Below, one piece after another: positions 59,814 through 64,000 of a stretch of DNA of 64,000 bases. Location of the stretch: contig JADGPA010000109.1 of the NCBI GenBank assembly GCA_017882685.1, forward strand, positions 7,865-71,864, read 5' to 3'. The position numbers and the translations under genes are program-made. This DNA comes from Propionibacteriaceae bacterium. GTDB lineage: Bacteria; Actinomycetota; Actinomycetes; Propionibacteriales; Propionibacteriaceae. Below the pieces are notes generated by a model, which saw only the letters and a list, made by a program, of their open reading frames with translations, made no database searches and had not been told where the DNA came from. Positions within the stretch are counted from its first letter, which is position 1, and every line of letters starts with the position of its first letter.

Positions 59814-60569
59814 TTGACGCAGGAAGAAAAGCAGACCGAGCCCGAATCGAGGGAACCGATCAGGGTCGCCTTCTCGTGGCCGCAGCTCGCCGGCGGCGCG
59901 CTTGCCGCGGTGACGGCTGCCGCGATCGGTTCGAGATTGGGGGTCGGCGGCACCCTCATCGGAGCTGCGGTGGCCAGCATCATCGGCGGCGTGGGCGGCA
60001 CTCTCTACAGCGCAGGCATCGACAAGACCCATCGCAAGGTCGCCGGCGCCATCAACCGCGGCTACGAGCGGGTGCGCACCTCAGGCGAGTACGACCGGGA
60101 CGCTGTTCATACGCTCGCGGGCGACGAGGCGAGCCCGGTGCTGCCTGGGCTCGACCCTGAACCCGCGGCAGATGCAGGAGAGCAGACCCGCGTCGACCTG
60201 GAGCCGGTGGGCACGAGCGCGGGCAGGCGCCGCAAACTCTGGAAGGTGATGGGGCTGAGTGTTGCCGCCATGTTCGTGGTCGCCCTTGTGGCCATTACGG
60301 TCGTCGAGCTCGGCCTCGGCCGCACCCTCGACGGCAATGACGGCACCACGATCTCCCAGGTGGTGCGGCAGGGTCGGAAGTCGACGCCAACACCGACACC
60401 CACCCCATCGCGTTCGGTGACGGCAACCACGCCTACCGTGACAGCGACTTCTTCGGTGACCGACCAGCCGACCACGCCGGCGCCGACGGCCACGCAGCCG
60501 ACAGCCACCGCCGTCCCGTCCGCAACCGTGACGGTCACCACGACCCCGACGGCGGCCACCACTCCCTGA
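59814..60569 (+). CDS. Hypothetical membrane protein with Thr/Pro-rich tail
   Basis: GALAAVTAA...GVGGTLIGAA TM pair, third TM, low-complexity tail; AGGAG RBS before TTG. Confidence 0.7.
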   Translation: MTQEEKQTEPESREPIRVAFSWPQLAGGALAAVTAAAIGSRLGVGGTLIGAAVASIIGGVGGTLYSAGIDKTHRKVAGAINRGYERVRTSGEYDRDAVHTLAGDEASPVLPGLDPEPAADAGEQTRVDLEPVGTSAGRRRKLWKVMGLSVAAMFVVALVAITVVELGLGRTLDGNDGTTISQVVRQGRKSTPTPTPTPSRSVTATTPTVTATSSVTDQPTTPAPTATQPTATAVPSATVTVTTTPTAATTP

Positions 60570-60610
60570 CGGCTTCTGTGGGTGGTGGTCAGGCAGGGAC
60601 GCGGACGGGA

Positions 60611-60991
60611 TCAGCCGAAGCTATTGATCATGAAGGCAGCGGCCCTCGTGACGTACTCGCGGAACTCGCCGAGCTCCGGTTCGGGCAGGGCGAGCGAGTC
60701 CAGTGCTGCGATCATGTGGGTCAGCCAGTGGTCGCGCATGTCCGGGGTGACCGGGAAGGGCGCGTGACGGATCCGCAGCCGTGGGTGGCCGCGGGTGTCG
60801 GAGTAGGTGTGCGGGCCGCCCCAGTACTGCTCGAGGAACAGTCGCAGCCGCTCGGTAGCCGGGCCGAGGTCGTCCTCCGGGTACAGCGCGCGCAGCTCCG
60901 GGTCGCCCGCCACGCCTCGGTAGAACTCGTCAACCAGCTTCACGAAGGTCTCGTGGCCGCCGATCCGGTCGTAGAGGGCTTGCGGTTCCAT
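60611..60991 (-). CDS. glbO: Group II truncated hemoglobin
   Basis: YDRIGG, FY, FLEQYWGGP, RGHPRLRIRH. Confidence 0.9.
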   Translation of the reverse strand: MEPQALYDRIGGHETFVKLVDEFYRGVAGDPELRALYPEDDLGPATERLRLFLEQYWGGPHTYSDTRGHPRLRIRHAPFPVTPDMRDHWLTHMIAALDSLALPEPELGEFREYVTRAAAFMINSFG

Positions 60992-61013
60992 CACACCATT
61001 GTGGTCGGCGGCA

Positions 61014-61580
61014 TCAGGGCGTCGCCAGCCGGGCGACGAGCCGCTCGCGCAGCGCGGGCCACTCCCCGGCGAGGATCGAGTACACCACCGTGTCGCGCAG
61101 CGACCCGTCCAGCATGAACATGTGGTGGCGCAGGATGCCGTCCTGCTGCGCTCCGAGGCGTTCGATCGCTGCCCGGGACGCGGCGTTGTGCATATGGGTG
61201 CGCAGTTCGACGGCGATGCAGTCGAGCTGCCCGAACGCGTGGTCGAGAAGCAGGAGCTTGGCCTCGGAATTGACCGCGGTGCGCTGGGCGGAGGCGGCGT
61301 ACCAGGTGCCGCCGATCTCCCTGCGCCGGTTCACAGGGTCGATGTGGAGGTAGTTGGTGAGGCCGACGATCCGGTCGTCGGCGAGACGGCGGACGGTGAA
61401 GGCCTGCCAGGAACCTGTCGCCACGTCGGCGAGCCGCTGGTCGACGAACGCTGCCATCTTCTCCGGCGTGGGGATCACCGTCACCGTTGACTCCCACAGG
61501 CGCCCGTCGGCGGCGGCCGTGGCCAACCCCGGGACGTCCGCTGTTGTCAGCGGATCGAGCCGTATCCAGGTTCCGATCAC
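61014..61580 (-). CDS. GNAT N-acetyltransferase (RimJ/RimL-like)
   Basis: EIGGTW, QRTAVNSEAK, NAASRAAIERLGA, DGILR, RDTVVYSI. Confidence 0.9.
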   Translation of the reverse strand: MIGTWIRLDPLTTADVPGLATAAADGRLWESTVTVIPTPEKMAAFVDQRLADVATGSWQAFTVRRLADDRIVGLTNYLHIDPVNRRREIGGTWYAASAQRTAVNSEAKLLLLDHAFGQLDCIAVELRTHMHNAASRAAIERLGAQQDGILRHHMFMLDGSLRDTVVYSILAGEWPALRERLVARLATP

Positions 61581-61611
61581 GGCGGGAGTCTAGGCCGACT
61601 ACGATGCCCGG

Positions 61612-62652
61612 GTGAGGAAGCCCGCCCCCCGGCTGATCGCAGCCATCGTGTGCACAGGCCTTGCCGTGTCCGCCTGTGCCACCGCACCGACGTCCGCGCC
61701 GCCACCCATCGCGCCCGCCGCCCCCGGAGCCCGTCCGGCCGCCGCCAGGTCCGCCACCTCGCTTGCCGCCTCGCTGAAGGTCGGTCTCGGCTCCGGTGCG
61801 AGCCTCGGCGGCAAACAGGTGTTCCCTGCCGACAACCCGTGGAACACCGCCGTCGACCAGGCGGACGTAGACCCGAACTCTGCGGCGCTGATCGCCTCGA
61901 TCGGCATCACCAGTACGCTGCACCCCGACTTCGGCGCCCACTGGCCCAAGGGCCCGTTCGGCATCCCGTACGTGGTGGTCAAGGGCAGCCAGAAGAAGGT
62001 CAAGGTGACCTTCACCTACACCTCCGAGAGCGACAAGGGCACCTACCCGATCCCCAAGAACGCCCCGATCGAGGGCGGTGCGCAGTCCAAGGGCGACCGG
62101 CACGTGCTGGTGCTCGATCGGAGCAGGTGGAAGCTGTACGAACTGTTCAATGCCAAGCGTGTAAAGGGAACCACCCGCTGGAAGGCGGGCTCCGGCGCGA
62201 TCTTCGACTTGAAGTCCAACAAGCTGCGTCCGGCCGGCTGGACGAGCGCGGACGCCGCCGGCCTGCCGATCTTTCCTGGCCTTGTGCGCTACGACGAGGT
62301 GAAGGCCGGCGTGATCACCCACGCCCTGCGGTTCACCGTCGCCGACACCCGCAAGGCCTACGTGTCGCCGGCCCGTCACTACGCAAGTGACGACACCAGC
62401 GCGACCCTGCCTCCGATGGGCATGCGGGTGCGGCTGAAGGCCGACTTCGACATCTCCGGTTTCCCGCAGCAGGCGAAGGTCGTCCTGCAGGCGATGAAGA
62501 CCTACGGCATGATCGTGGCCGACAACGGGTCGGACTGGTACGTCTCGGGCGCGCCAGACAAGCGCTGGAACGACGATGCGCTCAACAAGCTGAAGTCCGT
62601 AGCCGGCAGCAACTTCGAGGTCATTGCCATGGGCGACGTCACCACCGGGTGA
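61612..62652 (+). CDS. Conserved hypothetical secreted/lipoprotein
   Basis: Signal with VSAC; FPADNPWN, GDRH, DAAGLP, HALRFT, YGMIVADNG; typical codon usage. Confidence 0.7.
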   Translation: MRKPAPRLIAAIVCTGLAVSACATAPTSAPPPIAPAAPGARPAAARSATSLAASLKVGLGSGASLGGKQVFPADNPWNTAVDQADVDPNSAALIASIGITSTLHPDFGAHWPKGPFGIPYVVVKGSQKKVKVTFTYTSESDKGTYPIPKNAPIEGGAQSKGDRHVLVLDRSRWKLYELFNAKRVKGTTRWKAGSGAIFDLKSNKLRPAGWTSADAAGLPIFPGLVRYDEVKAGVITHALRFTVADTRKAYVSPARHYASDDTSATLPPMGMRVRLKADFDISGFPQQAKVVLQAMKTYGMIVADNGSDWYVSGAPDKRWNDDALNKLKSVAGSNFEVIAMGDVTTG

Positions 62653-62717
62653 AGAATTTCCGCAGTGTTCACCTGATCCTGCTGCACACCACGACGCGGC
62701 GAGCCTAGGGTCTGCAG

Positions 62718-63563
62718 GTGAGCACCCGGCGCCTCCTTGCGATGCTCTTCGGCGTCGCAGTCCTCGCCGTGTTCGCTGCTCAGCTCCCGGCTCGGCCAAC
62801 CGCCGGTGGCCAGGCCCATCTCGCGCAGCCCCTGGCTGCAGCGAAGCAGTCCGCCTGGACGGTCATTCCCGTTGTCACGGCTCTCCCGACTCCGCCTGCC
62901 GAGTCGACGCAGGCGCCATCCGTGCCCGGGGACCCGGCAGCCAAGGGTGCGCCGCCGGACTGCTCGGAGCTGAAATGTGTCGCGCTCACCATGGACGACG
63001 GACCGGTGCCGGGGACGGCGCGGGTGCTCGACCTGCTGAAGCGCAAGGGGGTGCAGGTCACGTTCTTCGTCGTCGGGCAGCTGGCCCGCCGTCATCCTGC
63101 CCTGGTGCGGCGGATGGTGGCCGAGGGCCACGTCGTCGGGAACCACTCCTGGAACCACCCGGAGTTCTTCGGCGCACCGGCGAACATGATCCGCAGCCAG
63201 CTGGTGCACACCGACGCAGTGCTGCACCGGGCGACCGGTCACAACCCTGTGCTGATGCGCCCGCCGTTCGGCGAGGTGACGGCGAAGGTGAGGAAGACCT
63301 CCCGCGCGCTCCATGAGGCGGTCGTGCTGTGGGACGTCGACCCGCTGGACTGGAAGGACCGCTTGGCGTCGACCGTTGCGCACCGGGTGGTGAAGCAGGC
63401 GAAGCGGGGCTCGATCATCCTCACGCACGACTCCCTGAAGACCACAAGGGCTGCCTACTCCAGCATCATCGACGGGTTGCGCGCCCGCGGCTTCACCCTT
63501 GTCACCGTCCCCCAACTGTTCGGCGGGAAGCTGAAGGCCGGCAAGGTCTACTTGCGCGGCTGA
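62718..63563 (+). CDS. Polysaccharide deacetylase (CE4/NodB)
   Basis: ALTMDDGP, TFFVVG, GNHSWNH, RPPFG, WDVDPLDW, ILTHD. Confidence 0.9.
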   Translation: MSTRRLLAMLFGVAVLAVFAAQLPARPTAGGQAHLAQPLAAAKQSAWTVIPVVTALPTPPAESTQAPSVPGDPAAKGAPPDCSELKCVALTMDDGPVPGTARVLDLLKRKGVQVTFFVVGQLARRHPALVRRMVAEGHVVGNHSWNHPEFFGAPANMIRSQLVHTDAVLHRATGHNPVLMRPPFGEVTAKVRKTSRALHEAVVLWDVDPLDWKDRLASTVAHRVVKQAKRGSIILTHDSLKTTRAAYSSIIDGLRARGFTLVTVPQLFGGKLKAGKVYLRG

Positions 63564-64000
63564 GGGCGCTCAGGCGCGCCCGCGCGCCCGCGTGCCCGCT
63601 GGTAGCGGGTGAGCGCCTCGACGCGTTCGGCGGCGTGGTCGACGATCCGCTCGGGGTAGCCGTGTATATAGCCGTCCGCAGCCTCCCACGGACGGTGCGC
63701 AGCGGCTCCCGCCAGGTGCCGCAGCTCCGGCAGGTAGCGCCGCACGTAGTCCCCGTACGGATCGAACTTCTCCCCCTGGGTGATCGGGTTGAACACCCGG
63801 AAGTAGGGGGCCGCGTCGGTGCCCGTGCCCGCCGTCCACTGCCAGCCGTGGGCGTTGGACGCGCGGTCTCCGTCGATCAGGTGGTCGAGGAAGTGCTGGG
63901 CGCCGGGCGGCCACCAGGCGTGCAGGTCCTTGGTGAGGAAGCTGGCCGTGATCATCCGCACCCGGTTGTGCATCCAGCCGATGGTCAGGAGTTGCCGCAT
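63548..64000 (-). CDS. phrB: Deoxyribodipyrimidine photolyase, C-terminal part (runs off window end)
   Basis: GWMHNRVRMITASFLTKDL, GWQWTAGTG, APYFRVFNP, PERIVDH. Confidence 0.92.
   Translation of the reverse strand: MRQLLTIGWMHNRVRMITASFLTKDLHAWWPPGAQHFLDHLIDGDRASNAHGWQWTAGTGTDAAPYFRVFNPITQGEKFDPYGDYVRRYLPELRHLAGAAAHRPWEAADGYIHGYPERIVDHAAERVEALTRYQRARGRAGAPERPQPRK

Noticed and set aside
60380-60566. Thr/Pro-rich repetitive tail
   Set aside because: Low-complexity protein linker with no exact nucleotide repeat unit.

Overview
High-GC actinobacterial chromosomal window; the gene content suggests a Propionibacteriales-like organism (inference). It is almost entirely housekeeping and accessory metabolism: a 2-oxoacid dehydrogenase E1b/E2 cluster, alr, aat-fpg, pheA, serS, several ABC/MFS/RND transporters, efeUOB with a DtxR/IdeR box, lhr-nei, mshA/mshB-like genes, galM, MGDG synthase, truncated globin and photolyase. 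I saw no rRNA, tRNA, CRISPR array, integrase or transposase. The most unusual feature is a near-perfect 305/306-bp inverted repeat (44170-44474 / 44949-45254) enclosing only an OsmC-family gene; each arm looks like a promoter, a ~180-nt structured RNA and a terminator, pointing inward. Other signals: a ~49-bp palindromic repeat with compensatory stem changes inserted in-frame in sseA and twice in lhr; two further small palindrome families; three genes reduced by internal deletions that each have CATCG at the junction; PafBC/RecA-NDp-type promoters before lhr and before exporter genes; and an AcrB-type pump with a ~165-aa coiled-coil insertion. All calls come from reading motifs by eye; no database searches were run.
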